From the NCBI GenBank assembly GCA_945861585.1, contig CAMAVC010000004.1, forward strand, positions 450 through 64,449: a DNA stretch of 64,000 bases. Direction: 5' to 3'. Below are positions 28,634 through 37,492 of this stretch, in pieces. Source of the stretch: Planctomicrobium piriforme (GTDB taxonomy: Bacteria; Planctomycetota; Planctomycetia; Pirellulales; UBA1268). The position numbers and the translations under genes were made by a program. Within the stretch, counting starts at the first letter, position 1; the number at the start of each line of letters is the position of its first letter. The notes under the pieces are model-generated. The model ran no database searches, was not told where the DNA came from, and was given only the letters and a program-made list of their open reading frames with translations.

Positions 28634-28977
28634 CTAAAAAAGTTCTCGCCGTACAGATTCAACGATGGGCAGGTCGTGACGGTGATGTCGCCCTTGACCT
28701 TCGTCTGGCAGGCCAGCCGCATGGTGTCTTCGTTGCCGATATACGCCAGCGACACACCGAGCCTGGCCGCCTCGAGGATGCCCTTCTTGCTCGTGTTTTC
28801 CATCCCCTTTGTGACGAGCACCCGGCAGGAGCCGCAGGTGCCGAACCCATGGCAGTTGGCCACTTTGTGGATGCCCGGGTAGAGGGCGACGCCGGCCCGC
28901 AGGGCTTCCTTCCGCAGATTGGCCCCCTCGGGCACCTGGATTTCCTTCTTTTCGTTCGTGAAAGTGATGGTGGGCAT
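28630..28977 (-). CDS. 2Fe-2S ferredoxin-like protein
   Basis: 115 aa. Cys pattern C-x5-C-x2-C ... C (CHGFGTCGSC ... RLAC) on a beta-grasp-like N-terminus MPTITFTNEKKEIQV. Confidence 0.75.
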   Translation of the reverse strand: MPTITFTNEKKEIQVPEGANLRKEALRAGVALYPGIHKVANCHGFGTCGSCRVLVTKGMENTSKKGILEAARLGVSLAYIGNEDTMRLACQTKVKGDITVTTCPSLNLYGENFFS

Positions 28978-29062
28978 CGGTTTCTCTCGATGGAACGGGG
29001 ACGCGTGTCCGATACTGTAGCCAGCGCCGGGACGGCCTTCCACTGGAGCGGGAGCGAGGCAA

Positions 29063-29323
29063 ATGGCGGAACTGACGAAATACCAGCAGTCGATCGTCAA
29101 AAACTACTATGACAACCTCGACACCGCCCTCCTCCAGCGGCTCGGGGAGCAGGTAACGGACCTCTACCTGGCCGAGGGGAAGAAGCGGGCGAAGCTCTGG
29201 GAGACGATCGAGAAGTCGCTGGCCAAACTTGGCGTGCCGAAGACCCGGATCACCCGCGTGGTCGGCTCCGACGACGCCCGCCAACTCGCCACGCTCCTGC
29301 AGGAGCTTTTGGCGAAGGATTGA
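29063..29323 (+). CDS. Small hypothetical protein (86 aa, helical)
   Basis: MAELTKYQQSIVKNYYDNLD... Codon usage is coding-like. Lies upstream of thyX. Confidence 0.55.
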   Translation: MAELTKYQQSIVKNYYDNLDTALLQRLGEQVTDLYLAEGKKRAKLWETIEKSLAKLGVPKTRITRVVGSDDARQLATLLQELLAKD

Positions 29324-29379
29324 CCGCCGGTTGGCCGTGCCCCATCCTGTGCGTTTCCGCTCTCCGGGAACCACGTGCG

Positions 29380-30300
29380 ATGAGTGCCTCCGCGACGCCT
29401 GCAGCCGACCACGCCGCAATCCTCGAGTCGCTCCGCTGGAAGAAGTTTCCGGTGCTCGACGACGGCTTCGTGGCCCTCGTGGACTGCATGGGTGACGACG
29501 GCTCCGTCGTACAGGCCGCCCGCGTCAGCTATGGCGAAGGCACCCGCAAGGTGAGCGACGATCGGCAGCTCATTCGCTACCTGCTGCGGCACGCCCATAC
29601 GACACCGTTCGAGATGGCGGAGCTCAAGTTCGTCGTCCGGGTGCCGATGGACTGCTGGCGGCAATGGATCCGCCACCGCACGGCGAGCGTCAACGAATAC
29701 TCCACCCGCTACTCGCTGGCGATCGACTCGATGCAGACGACCGCCGACGGCGAGTGGCGCACGCAGGCCACGAGCAACCGGCAGGGCTCGGCCGGCCTGC
29801 TCGACGCGGCTGCCGGCACGAAAATGACGGTGGCGGAGACGGAGCTCCAGGGGCTCGCCCGCAAGGTCTACGAGGAGCGGCTCGAGGCGGGGATCGCGCG
29901 AGAGCAGGCCCGCAAGGATCTGCCGCTCTCCACCTACACCGAGGCCTACTGGAAGATCGACCTCCACAACCTGCTCCACTTTCTCGCGCTGCGGATGGAC
30001 ACCCACGCCCAGCTCGAGATCCGCCGCTATTCCGAGACGATCGGCAACGAGATCGTGAAGCCGCTCTTTCCGCTCGTGTGGGAGGCGTTCCTCGACTACC
30101 GCGTCGAGGCCATGCGGCTCACGAAACTCGATCGTGGTGTGATTGCGAGACTCGTCGCGCAGAGCGGGGGCAAGGGAATGCCTGCGTCGCACGCAGACTT
30201 CCTGGCGGCACAAGATTCTTCATGGAGCGGCCTCGAACGCTGCCGCGAGCGCGACGAGTGCCTCGACAAGCTCGTGTCCCTCGGTCTCGTTTCCCTGTAA
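29380..30300 (+). CDS. thyX: FAD-dependent thymidylate synthase
   Basis: ThyX signature RHRTASVNEYSTRYS. ATG at 29380 chosen. Confidence 0.9.
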   Translation: MSASATPAADHAAILESLRWKKFPVLDDGFVALVDCMGDDGSVVQAARVSYGEGTRKVSDDRQLIRYLLRHAHTTPFEMAELKFVVRVPMDCWRQWIRHRTASVNEYSTRYSLAIDSMQTTADGEWRTQATSNRQGSAGLLDAAAGTKMTVAETELQGLARKVYEERLEAGIAREQARKDLPLSTYTEAYWKIDLHNLLHFLALRMDTHAQLEIRRYSETIGNEIVKPLFPLVWEAFLDYRVEAMRLTKLDRGVIARLVAQSGGKGMPASHADFLAAQDSSWSGLERCRERDECLDKLVSLGLVSL

Positions 30301-30313
30301 CCCCCGTGAGCCC

Positions 30314-30733
30314 ATGCCTACGCCCGTCCTCGCTCCATCCACCGACCCGGCCATCAACGAGCTGCTGAAGCTCAATCAGCAGCTCCTCGACGCGATCGCG
30401 GCCGGCGACTGGGACGCCTACCGCAGCCTCGTCGCGGAAGACATCACCTGCTTCGAGCCCGAAGCCGAAGGCCACCTCGTGCACGGGCTCGCGTTCCACG
30501 AGTTTTATTTCAAGCTCGGTGGCGGCAAGCCGCAGCCGCCGAAGCACCTCACCACCACGATGGTGGCCCCGAAGGTACGGCTCCTCGCCGACGGCGCGGC
30601 GCTCGTGGCCTACGTGCGGCTCGTGCAGAAACTCGACGCCGACGGCAAGCCGATCACGGTGTCGTCGGAGGAAACCCGCATCTGGCAAAAAGTCGCCGGC
30701 CGCTGGCAGCACGTGCATTTCCACCGGTCGTAA
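30314..30733 (+). CDS. NTF2-fold protein resembling the CaMKII association domain (SnoaL-like)
   Basis: ITCFEPEAEGHLVHGLAFHEFYF ... ETRIWQKVAGRWQHVHFHRS. Confidence 0.7.
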   Translation: MPTPVLAPSTDPAINELLKLNQQLLDAIAAGDWDAYRSLVAEDITCFEPEAEGHLVHGLAFHEFYFKLGGGKPQPPKHLTTTMVAPKVRLLADGAALVAYVRLVQKLDADGKPITVSSEETRIWQKVAGRWQHVHFHRS

Positions 30734-30775
30734 CGTGGGGTAGGCGTCCCGCCTGCCATGCCTCTTCGTCAACTT

Positions 30776-30970
30776 GCCCAATCCGGCTCGGGGCTGCCCA
30801 TGCCCTGAGAGCCGGGCTGTGGGAGCGAGCGAAGCCATGGATGGCGAAAGCGAAGCGGACACGCAGAGAGCGGATGCCACGATGGCATCCGCGAACGTCC
30901 GGCGACGGGGCTGGGCAGTCACGAGCCGGATTGGGCGCGAGGAGGCCCGACAGGCTGAACCCTTTCGTAA
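30776..30970. repeat. Repeat cluster R6: Y-type unit with GCCCAATCCGGCTCG termini + mutated T module
   Basis: GCCCAATCCGGCTCGGGGCTGCCC ... GGGCAGTCACGAGCCGGATTGGGC, then GACAGGCTGAACCCTTTCGTAA. Overlaps the last codons of moeA. Confidence 0.85.
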
Positions 30971-32211
30971 GTACGCAGCACGACGTCGACTTCCGAGCTG
31001 GGCTCATGGGTCGCGCGGCCGGCGGGGAGCGCGACGTAGCCATTGGCGCCCGCGAAGCCGCGGAGGTCGGAGGAGCCCGTCCACGGCAGCGGCGTCGCTG
31101 TGAGCGCGTCCGGCGGGCCGTCGAGCCGACACGGCAGATACACGGGCCGGTCCGCAGCGCCCTTCGCCGGGGCCGTGAGCCGCGCGCTGGCCCGCGGCAG
31201 GTGCCACGCATCGCGCGGCTGCCCGGCGAGGATCATGAGCGCGGGCCGCACGAAGAGTTCGAAACAGACGAGGCTGCTCGCCGGATTGCCCGGGAGGCCG
31301 AAGACGAGCGTCGACGCTGCGCCCTCGCGCCGCGCTACGCCGAACCACACCGGCTTGCCCGGCTTATGCCGCACTTTGTGGAAAATCTTCTCGACGCCGC
31401 ACCGTAGAAAGATGTCGGGGACGAGATCGAGATCACCGGCCGACACACCGCCCGAGAGCAGGAGCACGTCGGCGGCAAGGCCCTGAGCCACGGCTGCTCG
31501 GATCGCCTCCGGCCTGTCGACCGCGATGCCGAGCGGGATCGGCTCAGCACCGAGCAGACGCACGGCAGCGGCGAGCATCGGGCCGTTCGAGTTTCGCGTC
31601 TGGCCGAATGCGGGCACGGCGTCGGGCGGCACGAGCTCGCTGCCGGTAGAGAGAATCGCGACCCGCGGCCGACCCGCGGCCACGACATGCGTCGCCCCGG
31701 CCTCCGCGGCGAGCCCGATCTCGGCCGCGCCGAGCAGGCTGCCGGCCGGCAGCACCGCGTCTCCAGCGCGAAAGGCGACGCCCTGCCGTGCCACGTGCTG
31801 CCCCGGCCGGAATTTTTGATCGTCGAGGTTCACGCGGCTGCCGGCATGTGCGGTCGCTGCATCGTCGCAGGCACACTCCACGGGGATCACCGCATCAACG
31901 CCGGCGGGGATGGGGGCCCCGGTCATGATCCGGGCGCAGCACCCGGGCCTGATCTCAAGCGCCGTCACGTCGCCAGCGGCGAGGTCCACCACCACGTCGA
32001 GCGCAACGACTCCGCCGGAGGCCGCGGCCACGTCGGCCGATCGTACCGCAAATCCATCCATCATCGCCCGATCCCAGGGAGGCGAATCGACGTCGGCGAC
32101 GACGGGCTCCGCGAGCGCGAGGCCGCACGCGTCGAGCAGCCGCATCCGCCGTGGCGGCAACGGCCCGGCGGTCGCCTCGACCAGAGCGATCGCGTCGGCA
32201 AGTTCGATCAT
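30919..32211 (-). CDS. moeA: Molybdopterin molybdotransferase
   Basis: 430 aa with MoeA-like organisation (MIELADAIALVE..., SGGVSAGDLD). The last ~16 codons (YERVQPVGPPRAQSGS) are encoded by repeat R6. Confidence 0.9.
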   Translation of the reverse strand: MIELADAIALVEATAGPLPPRRMRLLDACGLALAEPVVADVDSPPWDRAMMDGFAVRSADVAAASGGVVALDVVVDLAAGDVTALEIRPGCCARIMTGAPIPAGVDAVIPVECACDDAATAHAGSRVNLDDQKFRPGQHVARQGVAFRAGDAVLPAGSLLGAAEIGLAAEAGATHVVAAGRPRVAILSTGSELVPPDAVPAFGQTRNSNGPMLAAAVRLLGAEPIPLGIAVDRPEAIRAAVAQGLAADVLLLSGGVSAGDLDLVPDIFLRCGVEKIFHKVRHKPGKPVWFGVARREGAASTLVFGLPGNPASSLVCFELFVRPALMILAGQPRDAWHLPRASARLTAPAKGAADRPVYLPCRLDGPPDALTATPLPWTGSSDLRGFAGANGYVALPAGRATHEPSSEVDVVLRTYERVQPVGPPRAQSGS

Positions 32212-32798
32212 GCCGCCTTCACCGCCAGGAACGCACGGAGCAGGTCGTATCCCGCCGGCGTCAGGAAACTCTCGGGGTGAAACTGCACGCCATAGACCGG
32301 GAGCGTCTTGTGACGGATCGCCATGATCTCGCGAGAGCCGTCCGGGGCCGTCGACCAGGCATCAACCTCGAAGTCTCGTGGCAGCGTCGGCGGATCGATC
32401 ACGAGACTGTGATAGCGGGTGGCCTCGATCGGGCTCGCGAGCCCGGCGAACAGCCCGTGGCCAGAGTGCTCGATCGCGTCCACCTTGCCGTGCATCAGCC
32501 GCTTGGCCCGCACGATCGTGCCGCCGAACACCTGCCCGATCGACTGGTGGCCGAGGCACACGCCGAGAATCGGCATTCGGCCGGCGAACCGGCGCACCGC
32601 GTCGCACGAAATTCCCGCCTCACTCGGCGTGCACGGCCCCGGCGAGATGACGAGATGGCTCGGAGCCTTGGCGGCGATCTCGTCGCCGGAGATCCGGTCG
32701 TTGCGATGCACCTCGAGCGGCAGGCTCGGCGCGATCTCGCCGATCCGCTGCACGAGGTTCCAGGTGAAGGAGTCGTAGTTGTCGATGAGGAGGATCAT
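32208..32798 (-). CDS. trpG: Glutamine amidotransferase, anthranilate/aminodeoxychorismate synthase component II (TrpG/PabA)
   Basis: MILLIDNYDSFTWNLVQ and GVCLGHQ. ATGA overlap with moeA. Confidence 0.9.
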   Translation of the reverse strand: MILLIDNYDSFTWNLVQRIGEIAPSLPLEVHRNDRISGDEIAAKAPSHLVISPGPCTPSEAGISCDAVRRFAGRMPILGVCLGHQSIGQVFGGTIVRAKRLMHGKVDAIEHSGHGLFAGLASPIEATRYHSLVIDPPTLPRDFEVDAWSTAPDGSREIMAIRHKTLPVYGVQFHPESFLTPAGYDLLRAFLAVKAA

Positions 32799-32810
32799 GC
32801 GAGACCGCAA

Positions 32811-33098
32811 TCATTCGAGAAGCGTGCTCGGGTGCCCCTCGCGGTCCACCAGCGGCATCACGTGTGGCTTGTAGACCTGCGTGTACGCCTCGGCGAGGCG
32901 GTGGGCATCGAGCGCCTCCTGCGAGGCCCAGTGCTCCACGAGCGTGAACCGGCGCGGCTCGGCCGACGAGTGGTAGACGTCGAACGTGAGGCAGCCGGGC
33001 TCGGCACGGCTCTTCCGCATCGCCTGGGCGAGCAAGTCGCGGATTTTCGGCACGTCGGCCGCGTCCTTGGCGGTAAGGAGAACGTTCAGGTAGATCAT
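32811..33098 (-). CDS. Antibiotic-biosynthesis-monooxygenase (ABM) domain protein
   Basis: About 95 aa. ...EPGCLTFDVYHSSAEPRRFTLVEHWASQEALDAH. GAGGAGG SD before the ATG at 33098. Confidence 0.75.
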   Translation of the reverse strand: MIYLNVLLTAKDAADVPKIRDLLAQAMRKSRAEPGCLTFDVYHSSAEPRRFTLVEHWASQEALDAHRLAEAYTQVYKPHVMPLVDREGHPSTLLE

Positions 33099-33113
33099 CG
33101 GCACCTCCTCGCC

Positions 33114-33974
33114 CTACTCTACCAGCACGATCGGCCCCGCGGAGCCACCTGCCGCTTCGCCCTGCCCGCCCGCACCACGCCGGGCAAGCACGCGGATGTA
33201 GGGCGGGAGGAACGAGGCCCGGTGGGCGAAGGTGCCGACGCCAGCATCCGGCTGCGTGTGGTCGGGCTCGGCGACGTCCTCGATGACGAAGCCCGCTGCA
33301 CAGATGCCGCCGAGGAGGGCGGCGAACGAGTGGACGAATTCATGCGTGCCCGGCTCCCGTAGCCGCGACGGCGGTGCGGGGGAAAGTGGGTCGGGGTGCG
33401 TCACGGGAACGCGCAGCTCGTAGCGGCCGGCCGCGTTCGGCTCGATCGTCGCCTGGAGGCTCATCGGAGACTTGTGCTGGCTCACGTAGCGTCCGCCCGG
33501 CTTCGTCACGCGCGCGACCTCGCGAAACACGCGGGCTACGTCCGGCACGTAGCAGGTGCTCACCGGATGAATCACGATGTCGAAAGACCAGTGGGCGAGC
33601 ATCGACAGGTCGTCGATCGAGCCCTGGAGGATCTCGAGCTGCAGCTTCCGTTCGCGGGCCACCTGCCGGTCGAGCTCGAGCATCGCTGGTGAGAGATCGA
33701 CCACCGTAACGTTCGCGCCGGCGGCGGCGTACAGCGGGCCATGTTTGCCGCCGCCTGCTGCGAGGCAGAGCACGTGCAGCCCGTCGAGCCGTGCGGGGAG
33801 CCAGGGGCGGCCGGCCGAACCGGTCGCCCCACCGCTCCCGAGCCACCCGCGGGGATCGCCGAAGGCTTCGTCCACCGCCGGTCGCGCGAGGGCCGCCCCT
33901 CGCGCCGCGAGCGCATCCCACGCCCGCGCGTTGTGGTCGAGCACGGCCTCGCGCGATACGGCCGGGCGTTTCAT
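33114..33974 (-). CDS. Class I SAM-dependent methyltransferase
   Basis: Motif I VLCLAAGGGKHG. ATGA overlap with the upstream PEP-CTERM gene. Confidence 0.8.
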   Translation of the reverse strand: MKRPAVSREAVLDHNARAWDALAARGAALARPAVDEAFGDPRGWLGSGGATGSAGRPWLPARLDGLHVLCLAAGGGKHGPLYAAAGANVTVVDLSPAMLELDRQVARERKLQLEILQGSIDDLSMLAHWSFDIVIHPVSTCYVPDVARVFREVARVTKPGGRYVSQHKSPMSLQATIEPNAAGRYELRVPVTHPDPLSPAPPSRLREPGTHEFVHSFAALLGGICAAGFVIEDVAEPDHTQPDAGVGTFAHRASFLPPYIRVLARRGAGGQGEAAGGSAGPIVLVE

Positions 33975-34795
33975 CGCCGCCGGGCCCGCCGCGTTGCGAG
34001 GCCGGCGACCACGCCGCAGGCGAGGAGCGCGGCCGTGCCCGGCTCGGGCACGGCCGCCAGCGTGAGGTTGTCGAGGGCCACGTAGGTCGGCGTGTTGATG
34101 CCCCACGGCCCGACGTCGCTCGAGGCAAAGTCGATCACGATCGAGCGGGCTGCTCCGAGCGCAGCAAGGGAGAAGTCCGTCCACTGATCCACGATGAGCG
34201 TGCTGCCGCCGCGGAAGTCGGCCAGAAAAAACGTCGCCGTGCCGGTCGTGGTGCCAGTGCCGTCGAGGGCCGAGTTGCCCGTGAACATGACCGACAGATA
34301 GTCACCGGCCTCGTATTTGCCCGATGAAAAGTTGTTGGGGTCACCATCGCGGATCGTGAGGGCGGTGTACGTCGTGTTCACGAGTTTCACCGACACCGGC
34401 TGCATCCCGGCCGGTAGGCCGATCAGCGGCGGCGGATCGTAACTCTGCCAGTAGGCCACCGCGAAGGTGCCAGTGCCTCCCGCGCCGCCGCCGGTGAACG
34501 ACGACGTGTCGTTCGTCCAACTGTTGGTCGACGTGTCGCCCTTGTTCGAGAAGGCGAAGCCCGACCAATATTCCGCGGGCGAGTAGCGGGTGATCGTGGT
34601 GCGAAAGGATACGGAGCCCGAGGTGAGCGTCACCGCCTGGGCCACGTAGTCAGCCTCCGTCCCTGGCCCGCCATACGTCGCGGAATTCGGCCCGAGCGTG
34701 ACATCTTCGAAGTCGATGATCGCCGCGGCTGCCGGAGCGAACGCCGTGGCGGCCAAGAGGGCTAGCACAGCCAGCCGAAGTCCGTGGGCTTGCAT
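33971..34795 (-). CDS. PEP-CTERM sorting-domain protein
   Basis: Signal peptide MQAHGLRLAVLALLAATAFAPAAA. C-terminus AVPEPGTAALLACGVVAGLATRRARRR. The N-terminal region may be DUF4465-like. Unverified. Confidence 0.75.
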   Translation of the reverse strand: MQAHGLRLAVLALLAATAFAPAAAAIIDFEDVTLGPNSATYGGPGTEADYVAQAVTLTSGSVSFRTTITRYSPAEYWSGFAFSNKGDTSTNSWTNDTSSFTGGGAGGTGTFAVAYWQSYDPPPLIGLPAGMQPVSVKLVNTTYTALTIRDGDPNNFSSGKYEAGDYLSVMFTGNSALDGTGTTTGTATFFLADFRGGSTLIVDQWTDFSLAALGAARSIVIDFASSDVGPWGINTPTYVALDNLTLAAVPEPGTAALLACGVVAGLATRRARRR

Positions 34796-34845
34796 GAGCG
34801 ATTCTCTCCTTGTGTGGATCGTTTCAACGGGCATGGTGTCGGCGG

Positions 34846-35664
34846 TCACCAGGGTGTCTCATGGGATTCACCCCGGGCCCGCGTGCAGGCCGCCGCGAGC
34901 ACGCGGGTGTCGATCGTCTCGGCCAGAAACTGCACGGCACCGTCACCGACGAGGCCAAAGGCCCCGCCGGAATGTCGGCTGCGGATTTCATCTTCCGGCA
35001 CCGGCTGATTGATGGCGAAGGCCTGGTCGTAGAGATTGCGGCCGTTGATCCACTGCCCATCTGCCCACGGTCCAGAGGCACACTCGGCGACGAAGATCGT
35101 CTTCGACAGGCCGTCGGTGATCTGCGCCTGCCCGAAGCTCGTCTCGTGAACGAGGGGGCCTTTCATCGGCGCGTTCGGCGACGTGATCCGCTCGCCGGCC
35201 AGGCCGCCGTAGTCGCTGCGGCCGTAGCCTCCCACGGTCCACCCGACACGGTCAGCCGATGGGCAGATGAAGATCCGCAGGCCGGTGATCGCGGCGGAGC
35301 GGTTGGCGGCAGCGTCGAACGGCTGGGAAAGATCGAGCCTGTCGGCCGTGCCCTGCTCCTCGAGCCAGGGCAGAATGAAGACGCTCCACGCAAGGCAGCG
35401 ATTGGCACCCCCGAGCCCCGGCTTCCACTCCAGGCAGCCCACAGGAAACTGCCGCTTGGCGAGCAGGTGGCCATGGAGCGCGCAGCCCATGTGCCGCAAA
35501 TTGTTGACGCAAGCAGTTCGCCGGGCAGCTTCCCGGGCCGCCTGGGCGGCCGGGAGCAAAAGGGCGACGAGCGCCGCCACGATCGCCACGACAACGAGCA
35601 GCTCGACGAGCGTCATGCCACCGCGCAGCGGCGCCGCACCACGATGAAAAACCCGCGAATCCAT
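34846..35664 (-). CDS. DUF1559-type protein with a prepilin-type N-terminal cleavage/methylation motif
   Basis: GMTLVELLVVVAIVAALVALLLPAAQAAREAARRTACVNNLRHMG, typical of the expanded planctomycete family. Confidence 0.85.
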   Translation of the reverse strand: MDSRVFHRGAAPLRGGMTLVELLVVVAIVAALVALLLPAAQAAREAARRTACVNNLRHMGCALHGHLLAKRQFPVGCLEWKPGLGGANRCLAWSVFILPWLEEQGTADRLDLSQPFDAAANRSAAITGLRIFICPSADRVGWTVGGYGRSDYGGLAGERITSPNAPMKGPLVHETSFGQAQITDGLSKTIFVAECASGPWADGQWINGRNLYDQAFAINQPVPEDEIRSRHSGGAFGLVGDGAVQFLAETIDTRVLAAACTRARGESHETPW

Positions 35665-36486
35665 GCGCGCCACCGCGGCCCGGGCAGATCGCGACCCGAC
35701 CACGCGCGCGCCTCCATGCGAGGGCGCACCCGGAGCCGACCGACCGCTCGAAGCCGTGCTTCTGGAAACTGCCAAACGTCCGACTGCGGCGGATCGCTCC
35801 GCAGCACCCGTGCCTGCCGCCCCGCCCTCGCGAGGAAAGCCTGCTCAGCGACTTTGGTAGGTCTTCTGACTCCCAGGCTCGGCCGGCTGCATGCCTTCTC
35901 GCGGAGGCCGCATCGCAATGCGGTTCGCAATGGCTTGGAAACAGCCGACCTTGGCGCCTGGTCACAGCGGCGGGGCCGTCCCGGAATCACACCGGTGTTC
36001 CCTGTTTGCCGGCGACGAGCAAGAGCTCACCCCGGCCACCAGAGTCGTGGCGGCAATGTATCGGGGGCCCCGCCCCTGTCAAGCAGAGCGTTCGCCGCGA
36101 GCCCGTGAGAAGTTATGCCGGTCGCGCAAAGACGCAGGCCGAAAATGTGACGTTCGTAGGGCCTTGCGCCATACAGTTTGTGCACGCGAAACAGACGGCA
36201 TTTCTTACCTGATGCGCAGCCCTAAGTCGTGCCGGGAAAAATACTTGGAGACACTCAAGCCGCTTTCGTCCGTCCGCCGATAGCCCACTCTGTCCCCCGG
36301 GGCAATCACTGTGCCCGTCGGGCAACCAGGGGGCGGCAGTTACCTGCAAATGCTTCGAGTCACGGAATGGCTCGACAGGCCTGCCGCAGAAAAGTTCGTG
36401 GATCACAAGCCTCGGGGCGCAGAAGCCTCAAGACAAAAACGGAAGTCGACTTCCGGGTGCTCCACAAGCAAAGGAGATGTGGCTCG

Positions 36487-37326
36487 ATGAAGCGTATGTT
36501 GTTCCTCGGTGCACTGGTTCTCGGTGTCACCGTTTGTAGCCAGTCTTTCGGTTTCGAGCTCCTTGATCGGATGCTCGGCCACAAGGGCTGTGCCTCGTGC
36601 TGTGAGCCCGGCTGCGATGCCGGCAATGGTTGCTGTGAGCCCGGCTGCGGTGCCGGCAACGGCTGTGCGGAGCCGGCCTGTGGTGCTGGCAATGGGTGTG
36701 CGGAACCGGCGTGCGACGCTGGTGCCGGTTGCTGCGAGCCGAGCTGCGGCGCTGCCTCTTGCTGCGGCACCCGCTGCCGGAAGAAGCACGACCTGTTCGG
36801 TGGCCTGAAGGGTCTGTTCGAAAAGTGCAAGCGGAAGCACCACGGCTGCTGCGACAGCTGCTGTGAGCCCGCCTGCGACGCTGGTAACGGCTGTGCGGAG
36901 CCCGCTTGCGGTGCTGGCAACGGTTGTGCGGAGCCCGCCTGCGGAGCCGGCAACGGCTGTGCGGAACCGGCCTGCGACGCTGGTGCTGGCTGCTGCGAGC
37001 CGAGCTGCGGTGCGGCCTCGTGCTGCGGCGTGCGGAAGAAGCACTGCCGTGGGACGCCGATTGCGGACCTTCTCCGCGCCATCCACAACGCGAAGAAGCG
37101 TTGCCACAAGGCGAGCTGCTGCGATAGCTGCTGCGGCGAGCCCGACTGCTCGGCCGGCAACGGCTGCTGCGAGCCTGGTTGCGGTGCCGGCAACGGCTGC
37201 TGCGAGCCGGCCTGCGGTGCGGTCGCCGCTCCGGTCGAGGCTGCGGCCCCGACGCCGGACGCGTCGGCTGCCAAGAAGACGACCGGCAAGGTCGTCGCGG
37301 TGAGCCGGACGGTTGCCACGAAGTAA
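36487..37326 (+). CDS. Secreted cysteine-rich tandem-repeat protein (13 C-x-EP-x-C units, about 48 Cys in 279 aa)
   Basis: AAGGAG SD and signal peptide MKRMLFLGALVLGVTVCSQSFG. 33-nt (11-aa) repeats GCAEPACGAGN in three blocks, separated by Lys/His-rich linkers. Copies differ at synonymous sites. TAA stop and strong terminator. Confidence 0.75.
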   Translation: MKRMLFLGALVLGVTVCSQSFGFELLDRMLGHKGCASCCEPGCDAGNGCCEPGCGAGNGCAEPACGAGNGCAEPACDAGAGCCEPSCGAASCCGTRCRKKHDLFGGLKGLFEKCKRKHHGCCDSCCEPACDAGNGCAEPACGAGNGCAEPACGAGNGCAEPACDAGAGCCEPSCGAASCCGVRKKHCRGTPIADLLRAIHNAKKRCHKASCCDSCCGEPDCSAGNGCCEPGCGAGNGCCEPACGAVAAPVEAAAPTPDASAAKKTTGKVVAVSRTVATK

Positions 37327-37377
37327 GTAGTCAAGCGGTCGAAACGGAAGTTTCGTTGCCCGACTTCGGCCAGTGAG

Positions 37378-37416
37378 CTCCGCCCGGGGGGAAACCCCCG
37401 GGCGGAGTCATTTTAT
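37378..37416 (+). terminator. Intrinsic terminator (13-bp GC stem, GAAA loop, TCATTTTAT tail)
   Basis: CTCCGCCCGGGGG-GAAA-CCCCCGGGCGGAG followed by a T-rich tract, about 50 nt after the Cys-rich gene's stop. Confidence 0.75.
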
Positions 37417-37492
37417 GCGCGTGCGAAACACGCACTCGCAGCGTGCAGCACGCTGCTCCATCGCCAAGGGCGATCGCCCGTTCTTCCTTCAC

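Noticed and set aside
35820-35850. GAGGAAAGCC string resembling the RNase P RNA P4 motif (GAGGAAAGTCCGGGC)
   Set aside because: Only a short partial match. The other universally conserved RNase P RNA segments are not visible nearby on either strand.
36110-36240. ACCTGATG / GTGAGAAG fragments reminiscent of a TPP riboswitch
   Set aside because: The order and spacing of the fragments do not fit the TPP aptamer consensus, and the CTGAGA and pyrimidine-sensor helices are absent. The downstream gene is unrelated to thiamine.
36360-37334. 324-aa (and 234-aa) ORFs antisense to the Cys-rich repeat gene
   Set aside because: The + strand frame has an SD, a signal peptide, a TAA stop and a terminator, and shows synonymous-site variation between repeat copies. 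The antisense frames are Ala/Gln/Pro/Ser low-complexity by-products of the repeat.
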